From: a virus
Direction: 5' to 3' (one strand)
Length of the DNA stretch: 37,171 bases
IMG/VR virus record: IMGVR_UViG_3300046103_001182
The notes beneath the pieces were generated by a model that was given only the letters and a program-made list of their open reading frames with translations, was not told where the DNA came from and did no database searches. Made by a program: the position numbers and the translations under genes. Below, piece by piece: positions 1 through 10,213 of the stretch; the first letter of the stretch is position 1; each line of letters begins with the position of its first letter.

Positions 1-150
1 ACTGGAGGCCAAGGCACTGGAGGCCAAGGCACTGGAGGCCAAGGCACTGGAGGCCAAGGCACTGGAGGCCAAGGCACTGGAGGCCAAGGCACTGGAGGCC
101 AAGGCACTGGAGGCCAAGGCACTGGAGGCCAAGGCACTGGAGGCCAAGGC
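1..150. repeat. Perfect tandem repeat, 15-bp unit ACTGGAGGCCAAGGC x10, encoding (TGGQG)n in frame +1
   Basis: Read directly: bases 1-150 are ten identical 15-mers. The same unit in the same phase ends the window (37030-37171). Confidence 0.98.
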
Positions 151-1353
151 AACAATGGAACTGGCGGCGTATCTAACGCTGATTGGCAGCAAACCCTTAA
201 TGGAATGGAGGACGCAGGGCTGCCCACAGTAGACTCTACGGGCAATCCCCTGAGAAATGATGGAACAGTGTACGACCTTAATAGTGACAACGAGTGGGTT
301 CAAATGGGGCCAACAGGGGGCCAAGGTTCAGCTTCTTCTGACTTTGTTCCACCACAAGGAAACCCTGTTCCTAGTCTAAATGGCGGGGGAGACGTTATAG
401 TTGGAGACGGCATCCGCACAGAAGCCACTGGACTAGGTGGAGTGGAGTCAGTAGACAGCTCAGGCAACCCAGACGCAAGCGGTGCATACGAAAAGAATAG
501 TCTAGGTCAGTATAGTGCTGCCCCTTCATCTACTACCTCAGAAGGCTTCAGTACCTTTGCTGCGGGAACTCCGACTGGGGCAACGCAGCCCGTTACCCTT
601 AGACTTGACGGTAAAGATACGGTAAATCTAGGGGGTTTCCAACAAGTAGTAACTCCTGATGATAAAATTGTAGCATGGTATCTTAATGACCCTCAGTGGC
701 ATGAAGAAGTAATTGTTACCGGAGTAAAACCAGAGGGAATTGAGTTTAAATTTGCGGGTGCAGCAGGCGGCGATAGGCTTTGGACTACAGCTTCCTTAGC
801 TCAATATATTGATGACATTATGGAGGGTCAAATTCCACCCGAAGCTATTTGGGACGATAACGCGCCAGCTCAAGAAGATGACGAAGAAAAGGACCCTCTT
901 TTAGAAGAGGTGGTTGTTACTGCCGACAGGCTTCCTACTGAGGACCCTTCAAACATCCCTATTGACATAAACTACGACCTCAATCCTAACGGTCAACCTA
1001 TGGACAACATTGTTGTCACAGCACCTAGACCCCCTACGACTGTTGTACCTAATGTACCTGTACCAGTACCAACGCCTATAACTACGCCCGTTCTTACGCC
1101 TATTACAGATACTTTAATTGACGGTCTTGACGGCACTGATGGCACTGATGGCACTGACGGCACTGATGGCACTGACGGCACTGATGGTGGCGGTGGGGGG
1201 ACAGGTGCAGCGGGACCCGCAGGAGCAGCAGGCGGTATGCTCTCAGGCTCAAGAGACCCTGTGCCGTTTATGGATACCCCTAGGATTCGATACCCTTCAA
1301 GAGCGGAGCAGCTTAGTATGTTTAACAGAGTTAGGTCAAGGCAGAGGAAATAG
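1..1353 (+). CDS. C-terminal part of a junction-spanning giant repeat-containing virion protein (continues from 34390..37171)
   Basis: Frame +1 is open from base 1 to TAG 1351-1353, and the ORF-track entry 205..1353 is only its first internal ATG. It contains (TGGQG)n, a P/T/V-rich linker, (DGT)6, a Gly run and a basic tail. Confidence 0.75.
   Translation, partial: TGGQGTGGQGTGGQGTGGQGTGGQGTGGQGTGGQGTGGQGTGGQGTGGQGNNGTGGVSNADWQQTLNGMEDAGLPTVDSTGNPLRNDGTVYDLNSDNEWVQMGPTGGQGSASSDFVPPQGNPVPSLNGGGDVIVGDGIRTEATGLGGVESVDSSGNPDASGAYEKNSLGQYSAAPSSTTSEGFSTFAAGTPTGATQPVTLRLDGKDTVNLGGFQQVVTPDDKIVAWYLNDPQWHEEVIVTGVKPEGIEFKFAGAAGGDRLWTTASLAQYIDDIMEGQIPPEAIWDDNAPAQEDDEEKDPLLEEVVVTADRLPTEDPSNIPIDINYDLNPNGQPMDNIVVTAPRPPTTVVPNVPVPVPTPITTPVLTPITDTLIDGLDGTDGTDGTDGTDGTDGTDGGGGGTGAAGPAGAAGGMLSGSRDPVPFMDTPRIRYPSRAEQLSMFNRVRSRQRK
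1132..1185. repeat. 9-bp coding tandem repeat GGCACTGA(T/C) x6, giving (DGT)6
   Basis: Read directly; followed by GGTGGCGGTGGGGGG (Gly5). Confidence 0.95.
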
Positions 1354-1354
1354 T

Positions 1355-2080
1355 ATGACTTATTTACAGCTTATAAATCAGGTGCTAGTGCGGCTACGGG
1401 AAACACAGGCTGCACCAGCAAGCATTAGCTCTAACCCTTTTTATAACATGATAGGGGCTGCTGTTAATGACGCTAAGAATACAGTTGAAGATTCTTGGGA
1501 ATGGGGGGCCCTTAGGGGCGCAGACTCCGTAACTGTTGCTAAGGGCGTATATGACGTTCCTCTTCCCCTTTCTCTTGGTGTTACCTATAACATAGAAAGC
1601 GTAGTAAACAGTTTAACAGGAGCAGTGCTTACACCCGTTCCTCTTGAAAGAATACGAGCTTTATACGCTAGAAACGCCACTACCCCTGTGGGCGAATCGG
1701 TGCCCTCAGCGTATGGTTTTGCGCCCGATCTGTGGGATGAAGCTAACCCCGCAGCGGCTACAAACGGAACAACGCAGATACGTTTAACGGGTCCCGCTAG
1801 TGTTGAAACTCCACTAACTGTATATAGGTCGGCCCACCAAGCTCAACTTGTAGCGTCTACAGACAAGCTAAAAGTACCTGCTTTACCTGTGTATCTTTTA
1901 GCTACAGCTTTAGCGTCTAGGGAGCGGGGAGAGATAGGGGGTACGCCTACGGGAGAGCTTTTTGCTATGGCAGGCACAGCTCTTTCTGACGCAATAGCTA
2001 TGGATTCTTCAAGGTTTTCAGGAGAGTTATTTTGGTATAATCCTTCTGATATGAGTCAAAGCAACGTAGGCACCTCATAA
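1355..2080 (+). CDS. Virion structural protein, possibly head-to-tail adaptor / tail tubular A-like
   Basis: ATG 1355 follows AGAGGAAA and sits 1 nt after the stop of the giant gene. The track start at 1118 would overlap that gene by 236 nt. The N-terminal pattern MTYLQLINQVLVRLRE resembles podovirus adaptor proteins, and the stop overlaps the next start (TAATG at 2080). Confidence 0.55.
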   Translation: MTYLQLINQVLVRLRETQAAPASISSNPFYNMIGAAVNDAKNTVEDSWEWGALRGADSVTVAKGVYDVPLPLSLGVTYNIESVVNSLTGAVLTPVPLERIRALYARNATTPVGESVPSAYGFAPDLWDEANPAAATNGTTQIRLTGPASVETPLTVYRSAHQAQLVASTDKLKVPALPVYLLATALASRERGEIGGTPTGELFAMAGTALSDAIAMDSSRFSGELFWYNPSDMSQSNVGTS

Positions 2081-3741
2081 TGGCTGTACAAGCTCAAACA
2101 TCTATTCCCATACCTGCTCCAGGATACTACGGTTTAAATACCCAAGATTCTCCCGTGGGTATGTCTACTTCTTTTGCATCCGTTGCAGACCACTGTGTAA
2201 TTGATGGGTTTGGAAGAATTGGGTCAAGAGCTGGGTTACAAGCTTTTACACAAAACCCAGCAACAACTTTAAACCAGTACCCCGCAGAACGGGCGTTTGA
2301 ATTTATAGATATACTCGGCAGAAGCTGGTTTTTTGTGTGCGGGGGAGGAAACATATATCTCCAAAGTTTAGTAAACGGAAACTTAACTGCACTTACTTCA
2401 TCCGTATTACCTATAGCAGCTACAAAGAATAACTGGCAAATGGTAAGCCTTGACGATAGGTGTTATTTTATTCAGGAAGGTCAGCATATACTTGTGTTTG
2501 AGCCTGCCATTAGTACAACGGTTTTAATAGAAATGGACTATACTCTTGGCTCTCCCTCTTTATGGCCCAGTGCAGCAACAGGTGAACCCTCTTGTGGGAC
2601 AACAGGATTCGGTAGGCTTTTTGTTGGAGATTTTGATAACAACAAGAGCCTAATTTTAGTCTCTGATCTTACAGTAGGGGCTCCGCTAGAGTGGGAACAA
2701 ACAATAGACGTTTCACAGTTTTGGCCTAACGGTACAGATGAAATTGTAGCACTTAAAGTCCACAACGATTTTTTAATTGTTTTTGGTAAACGCAGTATTC
2801 TTGTGTACGGAGTTTCCTCTGGTGATACATACACGATTAGTCTAATAGACACAGTGGGGGGAATAGGCTGCATAGCAAGAGATTCCTTAGCTGTAATAGG
2901 TACCGATATTGTATTTTTAGATGCGTCCGGTTTGCGTAGTTTTTTAAGAACAGTACAAGAAAAGTCTATGCCTATAGGAGACCTTTCTTTAAACATAAAA
3001 GATGACATAACAACAGCAATATCACAAACAGCAGCCACAACTATTACATGCGTTTACATCCCAGAAAAGTCACTTTACACGCTAATTTTTCCAGCACTAG
3101 GCTTTACGTATGTTTTTGAAACAAAAAATATATTAGAGAATGGAGCTTATAAGGCAACACTGTGGAACAATAGGCGTTTGACTTGTGGCTTGAGAACAAT
3201 ACTAGGGAAAACATATTACGGCGCTATGGGCGGCATGTACCAGTATACTAAACACAACGATACTAGTTTTGTAGATAATGGAACTCCTTTTTCTGTGGAC
3301 CCTATTGTAGGAAATATTACTTACACTGCTTCTCGGTCTACCACAGGAGTTCCTTTTAGATACTGGACACAGCCTCAGTCTTTTCAACAGCCTTCTAAAA
3401 CTAAGTTTTTAAAACAAGTAGATGTTACAGTGTCAGGAGGAGAGGGGGTTGTTCTTTGGCTAGCGTGGGTTTTTAATTATGATGACACCAGGAGTGTTAT
3501 TAGAGCTTCCCAAGAAGGCACTAACTTATTTTATTACAACCTAAATGCTGAGTTTAATGCTCAAAACAACCCAGTTGCAACCGCTGAGTATAGTGGTCAA
3601 GATGACTTCCCTTCTTCTAGGCAGCTTAACGTCTGGGGTAGCGGAAGGGTTGTTTCTATTGGTTTTGAAGCAACAATAAACGAATCACATTTTAGTATAC
3701 AAGAAATTAACATACAGGCATTGCTTGGGAGAATAATATGA
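2080..3741 (+). CDS. Large virion structural protein, possibly tail tube/nozzle (tubular B-like)
   Basis: 553-aa ORF translationally coupled to both neighbours. The call rests on its position after the adaptor-like gene; I recognise no catalytic motif. Confidence 0.5.
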   Translation: MAVQAQTSIPIPAPGYYGLNTQDSPVGMSTSFASVADHCVIDGFGRIGSRAGLQAFTQNPATTLNQYPAERAFEFIDILGRSWFFVCGGGNIYLQSLVNGNLTALTSSVLPIAATKNNWQMVSLDDRCYFIQEGQHILVFEPAISTTVLIEMDYTLGSPSLWPSAATGEPSCGTTGFGRLFVGDFDNNKSLILVSDLTVGAPLEWEQTIDVSQFWPNGTDEIVALKVHNDFLIVFGKRSILVYGVSSGDTYTISLIDTVGGIGCIARDSLAVIGTDIVFLDASGLRSFLRTVQEKSMPIGDLSLNIKDDITTAISQTAATTITCVYIPEKSLYTLIFPALGFTYVFETKNILENGAYKATLWNNRRLTCGLRTILGKTYYGAMGGMYQYTKHNDTSFVDNGTPFSVDPIVGNITYTASRSTTGVPFRYWTQPQSFQQPSKTKFLKQVDVTVSGGEGVVLWLAWVFNYDDTRSVIRASQEGTNLFYYNLNAEFNAQNNPVATAEYSGQDDFPSSRQLNVWGSGRVVSIGFEATINESHFSIQEINIQALLGRII

Positions 3742-3983
3742 CTACACCAGTTGCGTATGACTATCAATTAAACTTTTTTGCTAACAAAGACGGTCTTGCA
3801 AGCGGAGACCCTTTAAAACTCATTACAGGACAACAGTTTGAAGCTGAGTTTAGTGTTATAGACCCTGCAATTAAAAGCTGTATTCAAAACCAAGGGGGGA
3901 CTTATACAGGGGGCTTATCTGGGGATTCTCTTACGCTTACAGGTACCTTTACGGTGCCACAAATTGACGGAGGGACATTCTAA
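3738..3983 (+). CDS. Small virion-module protein, function unknown
   Basis: 81-aa ORF with ATGA overlap upstream and TAATG overlap downstream. Confidence 0.6.
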   Translation: MTTPVAYDYQLNFFANKDGLASGDPLKLITGQQFEAEFSVIDPAIKSCIQNQGGTYTGGLSGDSLTLTGTFTVPQIDGGTF

Positions 3984-4837
3984 TGGCAGAAGAAGCGGGA
4001 CTTTTTGAAAGTTATCTACCAACCGTAGCTGCGGGGTATGGCCTGTACGATCAATACGATAGCTTAAATGATAGGCTTGAGACTACTCAAGATACATTAA
4101 ATACTACAGCAGGCGTAATTAACGACAATACTGCGTTTACTCCCTATGGCGTTACAGGAGCTTTGGGAGGCGCTAACGCCACAGCCACTGGAATGAACTA
4201 CGAGCTGAACTCCACGGGGCAGGGCATACAAGATAATATGTTCTCTCAAGGTCAACAACAGTTAGCGGCTTCTACAGCAAACCCCCTTGACCGTCAGAAT
4301 GAGCTGTATGCGGCAATGAATCAAGCGCAAAGCCCTGAGAGACAAAGAGAATTAGCGCGAATGAACCAGCAGTTAAGGAATTCCGGTCGTTCTGGAATGA
4401 CTTCTGGAATGTACGGAGGAACCCCAGAGCAACTAGCGTATGCTAAGGCGGTGCAGGAACAACAGTCAACTAACTGGCTAGGTGCGGGTTCTGCGGCTGA
4501 GGAACAGCTACAGAATCAGTATACTCGCGGCATAGGCATGATGGACCAAGGCTATAAACCTATGGACCAACTTTCAGGTTACGGGGACCAAACTATACAA
4601 CAAAATAACTTAAATGACGCAAGAGGAACTACAAGAGCAGGGATGTTATCTGACCTCGCAATGGGTGGTCTTGCTACTAACGTAAACATAGAGAACCTTA
4701 AAGGCCGAGCATTGTCAGACTTTTTAACAGGAACCGCTCAACAACAAGGGGCACTTGGTGGCCTTATTGACCAAGCTACAGGTGACCTATGGGGTGGTGT
4801 AACATCATGGTGGGACGAGCAAAACTTCTTCGGATAG
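3983..4837 (+). CDS. Q/N/G-rich internal virion (ejection-type) protein
   Basis: 284-aa ORF, coupled start, low-complexity Q/N/G-rich composition typical of podovirus internal proteins. Confidence 0.6.
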   Translation: MAEEAGLFESYLPTVAAGYGLYDQYDSLNDRLETTQDTLNTTAGVINDNTAFTPYGVTGALGGANATATGMNYELNSTGQGIQDNMFSQGQQQLAASTANPLDRQNELYAAMNQAQSPERQRELARMNQQLRNSGRSGMTSGMYGGTPEQLAYAKAVQEQQSTNWLGAGSAAEEQLQNQYTRGIGMMDQGYKPMDQLSGYGDQTIQQNNLNDARGTTRAGMLSDLAMGGLATNVNIENLKGRALSDFLTGTAQQQGALGGLIDQATGDLWGGVTSWWDEQNFFG

Positions 4838-4884
4838 GGATAGCGATAGAGACTTATACAGAAAAAATAAAGGAGTAATTTAAA

Positions 4885-6039
4885 ATGGCAGGCAATTTAC
4901 CTAGTATGTTTGGACAGCTAAACCAAGCTATAAGCAACTCACCCATCCTTGACCGAGACAACCAAGGTGTGAGGGGTATGCCCTCTAGTCCCATGGATAA
5001 CATGAATCCTCTTATGAGGCAGTTTAGCCAAGGACTGGGCAAGGCTATGGGAGACACAAAAGGTGACTACACTACTTCTCAGGATAAAATGAGGCTCAGT
5101 AACAGTCAGGCTGCTTCTGCTGTAACTTCTCAGGACCCTAGGATGCTTACAGAGGCTGCTGGGCTAATGATAAAACAAGGTAGAATACGGGAAGGGCAAG
5201 AGTTAATGCAAAGGGCTGACCGAATTACAAATAGTGATGTAGCTGTATTAGAAGAAGGTCAAGCGGATATAGACGATCAAGCCGCACGTACCCAAGCCAT
5301 TGAAATTGCAAAGGATGAACAAGACGACCTGTGGGTAAGGTATTTACAAACAGGCGACAGGACGGCTGCGGAGTATTATAAGTGGAAAGACAAACAGTCT
5401 GAAAACATGCAAAAAGAAAGCCTTTATCGCTCTCGTCCTCGTAGTGGTAAAAGTGGGTCAAGCATGGATGAGCCTATGCCTGCTTACTTGGGAAAAATAC
5501 TTCAAGGTTATACTGAAGAAGCTCAGGCAGCGGGTTCTAGGCTCTCTAGGGCCCAGTCTCTTTCATCTAGGTTTACACAATGGATGGATACCGAGGGGGT
5601 GGGTCTTCCAACAGCAGGGGGTCTTGTAGGCGGTGCAGCAAAATCCTTTAGAAACGCAGCGGGTATTCGTGAGGTATTAGACGCATTACAAACTGATTAC
5701 CAAGGACTGCGTAACAGCGCGGCAATGAAAAACCTTCCTCCTGGTTCCGCCTCTGATAAAGACGTTGCGTTAGCTATGTCTGGATTTCTGCCTGATAATG
5801 CTTCTGTACAAAACATTCGAGATTGGTTAAAAAGCTATGCTAGAGCGCAAGAATTGTCGCTAGAGTACAACAGGTTTGCAGAAGATCATGTTTCAGAAAA
5901 AAGGGAGAACACCTTTATAAACAAGAGCTGGGAAGCGTATCTAAAAGAAAGGGACGAAAGGGAGGAAGAACAGAATACCTTGCCTTCCTATAACGATATG
6001 GTGAATTCTTCAACTATGCCTGTGGGAGATGATGAATAA
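4885..6039 (+). CDS. Internal virion protein, function unknown
   Basis: 384-aa ORF preceded by AAGGAG 8 nt upstream. Confidence 0.65.
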   Translation: MAGNLPSMFGQLNQAISNSPILDRDNQGVRGMPSSPMDNMNPLMRQFSQGLGKAMGDTKGDYTTSQDKMRLSNSQAASAVTSQDPRMLTEAAGLMIKQGRIREGQELMQRADRITNSDVAVLEEGQADIDDQAARTQAIEIAKDEQDDLWVRYLQTGDRTAAEYYKWKDKQSENMQKESLYRSRPRSGKSGSSMDEPMPAYLGKILQGYTEEAQAAGSRLSRAQSLSSRFTQWMDTEGVGLPTAGGLVGGAAKSFRNAAGIREVLDALQTDYQGLRNSAAMKNLPPGSASDKDVALAMSGFLPDNASVQNIRDWLKSYARAQELSLEYNRFAEDHVSEKRENTFINKSWEAYLKERDEREEEQNTLPSYNDMVNSSTMPVGDDE

Positions 6040-8207
6040 TGGAACCTGCTCAAGCTGCTACAACCAGTAAAGTTAAACTCCCCGATGGTAGAATCGTACC
6101 TGATGTGCCAAGAGGAACAAGTCAAACTGCCCTATACGACACCCTAGTACGTGCTGGGCAGTTGGACCCTGAAACTGCAACCTCTTGGTTAAACACAGCA
6201 AGGGAGGAAGTAAAACTCTCTCGTCAACCTCAACGCGGCCAAGGGGGTCCTCAGGGAGCCTTTGGTCCCGCTGGTCCTCCTACACCCCTAGGTGCAGACC
6301 CTAGGGCAGCTATGCCCCCAGCTCCCGTGGGTTCACCCATTACTAATGAACTTAGAGGGTCTCCGCCCCCTTACGCCCAAGGGGGAGCCTCTATGGGGCA
6401 AGTTGTTGAAGATATTGGTGGCGCGGTAGGGAGAAATATGGATATTCCTGGGGGAATAGCGGGAGCTGCATTAGGCGCTAAACTGGGGACCGTTGGTGGT
6501 CTTCCTGGGATGGTTGGTGGCGGCATTGTTGGTGGAGGCATAGGAACTTTTGGTGGCAGTATTGCAACGGATTACATTGAGTCAGGAGAACCTGATTTTA
6601 GCGAAGCAGCAAAAGATTCTTTAATCTCAATGGGTTTTGACATAGCTACATTAGGAACTCTAAAGTTATTTAAACCCGCAGCAAGAGCTATGGGGTTTGG
6701 ACCAGAAGAAATATCGGCGCTATGGGGAAAACTATCAAAGACAGTGGACCCTAAGGCTTTACCCGTGGGGTCTTCAGAGTCTTTACAGCAAACTCAGAAT
6801 CTTTTACAAGAGTCTGGTGGGTCTTTAAGAGCAGCTCAAGCCGCACAGAAAGGAGAGAATCAAATAGGTAATGTTGCTGAAGCTCTTGCCGAAGTAGGCG
6901 TAGGATCAGGGGGTTATTACAAAAGGTTAGACGCTACTAACACAGAGACAATCGCTAACCGACTACAAAGTATGATGAACGATGCTTTTGAAAAAGGAGC
7001 ATTAGAAACAAATAAGGTAGGGGAGTATGTGTACGGGGCTATACAAGGCGGTAAGAAGGCTGCTACTAAGCTTTATTCGGACGGCCTTGACAAGATTACC
7101 CAACAATATGGCAAGAAACAGCTCAATGCTGCAAACTATTGGCTCGGGTTAAAGCGTTTTAGAGACAAGGGACAAAAAGTTTACGGTTCTGACTATAGTC
7201 CTGAAACTTTAAAGTTTGTAGATGAGTGGATGGACACACTGGGAAAATTAGATACAATGTCTGTAGAGTCTGTTTTAGGGATGCAAAAACAAATAAACAG
7301 ACGCATTAGAGACATGGGTGCTTTTAGCAACACTGCTGAGATGCAAGCAGCTTCTAGGGAACTAGCCGAGCTTTCTAAAACTTTTAGAGAAACTACCTAT
7401 AAATCGTTTGATAATATAAATCCACAATTAGGCGCAAACGCAAGGCAGCTTAATGCTGACTATGGTAAAGCTATGGACGGTCTTTTACCAGAATTAAATA
7501 AATCATCAGTTGTTTCTGGAAGTAAAGAGGGGTACGAAAGTATTGCTTCTTCGTTACGAGGTAAAAACCCCGATACAATTAAAAAGTTTTTAACTTCAAT
7601 AGACGTAGCGTATGAGCAGGCAGCTAAATCAGGCATAGACATGACAACGGTAGGCGGTGTAGCTACCGCTAAAGAAGCAAAAGCACTTATTAAAGCAGGA
7701 TACTTAAAGAGTATTTTTGGTGAAACCCCTGATACTCTAAAAGCTTTTACAACTGGGCAGCGTAACTTAGCTGTAGACTTAGAAAAAAACTCTGCTGCGG
7801 TTAAGTTAATTTTAGGAGAAGACTACAATACTTACAAAATGCTTGTCAACGCTTTAAATGAATCAAGCAGGACACAGGGAAGCGGAATAGGCTCCCTAGT
7901 TTTAAGGTCTAAAGAAGCAGGGGCTGCGGCAGATGTCGGGCAAGTAGCTGTAGGGGGTACAGTGGCTTTGGCATCAATCCCCGCCGCACTAGCTATATTC
8001 TTAGGCCCTATGTTACTCCGTAAAATGGTGTCAAGCCCTGCGGCAGTCCGTAGACTAATTGCAGGTAAAAAACGTATTGCTGCCGCTACTGCTGCTGGAA
8101 AAGTAGCTTCTGTTTCAACCATAGTAGAAGAGACTCTATCTGGAATTATGGGGTCATTTAATGAAGAAGAACAAGCAGAAATACGTCAATCTATGCGACA
8201 ACAATAG
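6039..8207 (+). CDS. Large internal virion/ejection protein with Gly/Pro-rich segment and glycine-zipper hydrophobic region
   Basis: 722-aa ORF with TAATG coupling. Contains GQGGPQGAFGPAGPP and GGIAGAALGAKLGTVGGLPGMVGGGIVGGGIGTFGG. Confidence 0.65.
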   Translation: MEPAQAATTSKVKLPDGRIVPDVPRGTSQTALYDTLVRAGQLDPETATSWLNTAREEVKLSRQPQRGQGGPQGAFGPAGPPTPLGADPRAAMPPAPVGSPITNELRGSPPPYAQGGASMGQVVEDIGGAVGRNMDIPGGIAGAALGAKLGTVGGLPGMVGGGIVGGGIGTFGGSIATDYIESGEPDFSEAAKDSLISMGFDIATLGTLKLFKPAARAMGFGPEEISALWGKLSKTVDPKALPVGSSESLQQTQNLLQESGGSLRAAQAAQKGENQIGNVAEALAEVGVGSGGYYKRLDATNTETIANRLQSMMNDAFEKGALETNKVGEYVYGAIQGGKKAATKLYSDGLDKITQQYGKKQLNAANYWLGLKRFRDKGQKVYGSDYSPETLKFVDEWMDTLGKLDTMSVESVLGMQKQINRRIRDMGAFSNTAEMQAASRELAELSKTFRETTYKSFDNINPQLGANARQLNADYGKAMDGLLPELNKSSVVSGSKEGYESIASSLRGKNPDTIKKFLTSIDVAYEQAAKSGIDMTTVGGVATAKEAKALIKAGYLKSIFGETPDTLKAFTTGQRNLAVDLEKNSAAVKLILGEDYNTYKMLVNALNESSRTQGSGIGSLVLRSKEAGAAADVGQVAVGGTVALASIPAALAIFLGPMLLRKMVSSPAAVRRLIAGKKRIAAATAAGKVASVSTIVEETLSGIMGSFNEEEQAEIRQSMRQQ

Positions 8208-8218
8208 AGGTACTAATA

Positions 8219-10213
8219 ATGGGTGCATGGGAAGAAACAGTAGCAAAAGTTATGGGCGCGTGGGAGAAACAAAAGCAAGTGCCTAAGGGCTATACACCTC
8301 CCGATTATAGTTATTCCCCTTACACGGCTACCGCTACTTACGATAACTCAATTACGAGGAACATAGTACCAGCCGCTGAAGCCATAGGAGAGGGGTATAA
8401 TAGGGTAGGAAGGGCTTGGACTGACCCGACTAGAGGTGTACCTGAGGCACTAGGGGTAACCGCCGCTGAAGGCGTTGGGGCAGCAGCGCAAGCCGCAGGG
8501 GGCGTAATAGGCGCAGCTACGGATTTTGTTACTCCTGGAACTTTTGTGGGTGAAACTGTTGAAAGCGTAGCGGGTAAGGCGATAAACTATGCCGCTGAAA
8601 CAGACGTAGGGCAAAGTGTTATAGAAGGATATGGTAACCTATCTGAGGTAGATCAAGAAAGGTTAAAATCCGTAGGCAGTTTGGCAGAGGGTGGACTAAC
8701 AGCTTTAGGCGCAGGGCCCTTGGTAAGGGCTTTTAACGCTCCTAGGGATGCTGGTTTTAACTCTAAGGGCCTCATGGCTGCATCAACCGATAATTTTATT
8801 GAGGATTATTACGGACCCATTCTAAGAGCAGCCGGAATTCAAGGAACTTGGAAAGACGCTTTAACCGAGAACCCTAAAGTGGCGGAGGCTATTATGAAAG
8901 TTGCCCCGTATGTACCCTCTGGTAAAGTTCAGGCAATTACAAGCCCAGAACAGGCAATAGGCGCAGCAAAGAAAGCCATGGGTATGGGCAGTACAGGGGT
9001 TCGCGCTATTAAAGAGCAGTTTAAAAATCTTCTTTTTTCTGATCGAAGGGCTATTTTTGGAGAAAGCGGTCTTTCGCCTGCGTTCCAAAACGAAGCAAAA
9101 CAACTTCTAATTGCAGCGAATAAACAAAAAGCTGCGGCTGCTGCGCGTGTAGCCGAAAATAAAAAAAGAGCTGACGCTGGAAAAGAACCCCTGCCGCCTA
9201 TAGAAAAAGGAGTGGATAGGCCAGAAGCAAAAGCAGGAGCTAGGGCTATCTTACAGCTTCACGTTGCTGCCCAGTTTGGCAAAATAATACCAGAGGGTAG
9301 CCCCTTGGCTAAATTTAGAGATGCTGTTTTTCTAAAAAAATACGAAGCGTATTCACCGGGAAAGCTCTCTACTTGGTGGAAAGAACAGGCTCCCACACTC
9401 AATAATAAATCTAACCGTAAAGCCCCTGCCCCTGAAAAAGTAATCACAGGGTTTGAAACGCTTGTTAACCGAGCCCATAAATTAGTAGGGCACAGTAAGC
9501 CTGTACAGATAGTGATGAAAAGACCTGAAAACAACGTGTCAGGCAGGCATAACTCGGACGCTTGGGGACAAAACAATTTTAACCATCAGGTTATTGAAGA
9601 CGTTTTTAAAAATAACGGCTACAAGCCCTACAAAACAGACGCTGCGCTTAGAGAGGCAGTTGAAAAAGCAGTAAAAGACAGAAGAAAAAAAAGCGCCAAT
9701 AAAGACACTCCGAGTAATGTAAAAGTTATTATTGAGAATGGGGAAATATATTTAAGCTCGTCTAGGGCTGGTTCAGCTATCGTAGAGGGTGGTATTCGCT
9801 CTACTCACCACGTTAACAAAAGCGGCAGGGTTTACGCTGTGCTAAGTGACGAACACGATTTCTTAGAAAAGATACCCGTTCTTAACAGTGATCGAGCAGT
9901 AGGTTCAAACAGTGTTGTCGCTGTTACCCCCACCATGACAAGAAGCTACTTAAGCCCTGTTGGTCCAGACGGGAAGAAAATACCAAACAGAGATAAAGTA
10001 AGCGACAGGAGGCAGCCGGGGTCAGTCAGGTATGCAGACCAAGCAGCGCAAGGAATAACGGCTAGGAGTACACTGGACGATCTTGTTGATGTTGGCGCTA
10101 GTCCCGAGGCTCTGAAGGCTTACGCCACACAACAAAAAGCAGGATATGCGGGGTTAGCGGGAGCTGGTATGTTGGCAGCAAACGTACCTAATGAAAAGCA
10201 GGAGGAGCAATGA
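8219..10213 (+). CDS. Large internal virion protein, function unknown
   Basis: 664-aa ORF preceded by AGAGG; its stop overlaps the next start (ATGA at 10210). Confidence 0.65.
   Translation: MGAWEETVAKVMGAWEKQKQVPKGYTPPDYSYSPYTATATYDNSITRNIVPAAEAIGEGYNRVGRAWTDPTRGVPEALGVTAAEGVGAAAQAAGGVIGAATDFVTPGTFVGETVESVAGKAINYAAETDVGQSVIEGYGNLSEVDQERLKSVGSLAEGGLTALGAGPLVRAFNAPRDAGFNSKGLMAASTDNFIEDYYGPILRAAGIQGTWKDALTENPKVAEAIMKVAPYVPSGKVQAITSPEQAIGAAKKAMGMGSTGVRAIKEQFKNLLFSDRRAIFGESGLSPAFQNEAKQLLIAANKQKAAAAARVAENKKRADAGKEPLPPIEKGVDRPEAKAGARAILQLHVAAQFGKIIPEGSPLAKFRDAVFLKKYEAYSPGKLSTWWKEQAPTLNNKSNRKAPAPEKVITGFETLVNRAHKLVGHSKPVQIVMKRPENNVSGRHNSDAWGQNNFNHQVIEDVFKNNGYKPYKTDAALREAVEKAVKDRRKKSANKDTPSNVKVIIENGEIYLSSSRAGSAIVEGGIRSTHHVNKSGRVYAVLSDEHDFLEKIPVLNSDRAVGSNSVVAVTPTMTRSYLSPVGPDGKKIPNRDKVSDRRQPGSVRYADQAAQGITARSTLDDLVDVGASPEALKAYATQQKAGYAGLAGAGMLAANVPNEKQEEQ

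Noticed and set aside
1-150. Could the regular 15-bp repeats be a CRISPR array, or true T7-style direct terminal repeats?
   Set aside because: There are no spacers between the units, so this is not a CRISPR array. The repeats are in frame with long ORFs on both sides and in identical phase at both ends. A circular junction or assembly overlap inside a coding minisatellite is the simpler reading. True physical ends cannot be excluded without read-end data.
993-1354. ORF 993..1181 (minus strand) and the 1118-1354 upstream extension of ORF 1118..2080
   Set aside because: The first is an antisense reading of the (DGT) repeat. The second is an alternative-frame overlap of the 3' end of the giant gene, whereas ATG 1355 has a proper SD and sits 1 nt after that gene's stop.
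2127-3387. Antisense ORFs 2127..2354, 2538..3038 and 3202..3387
   Set aside because: They are embedded opposite a 553-aa coupled structural gene and have no independent support.
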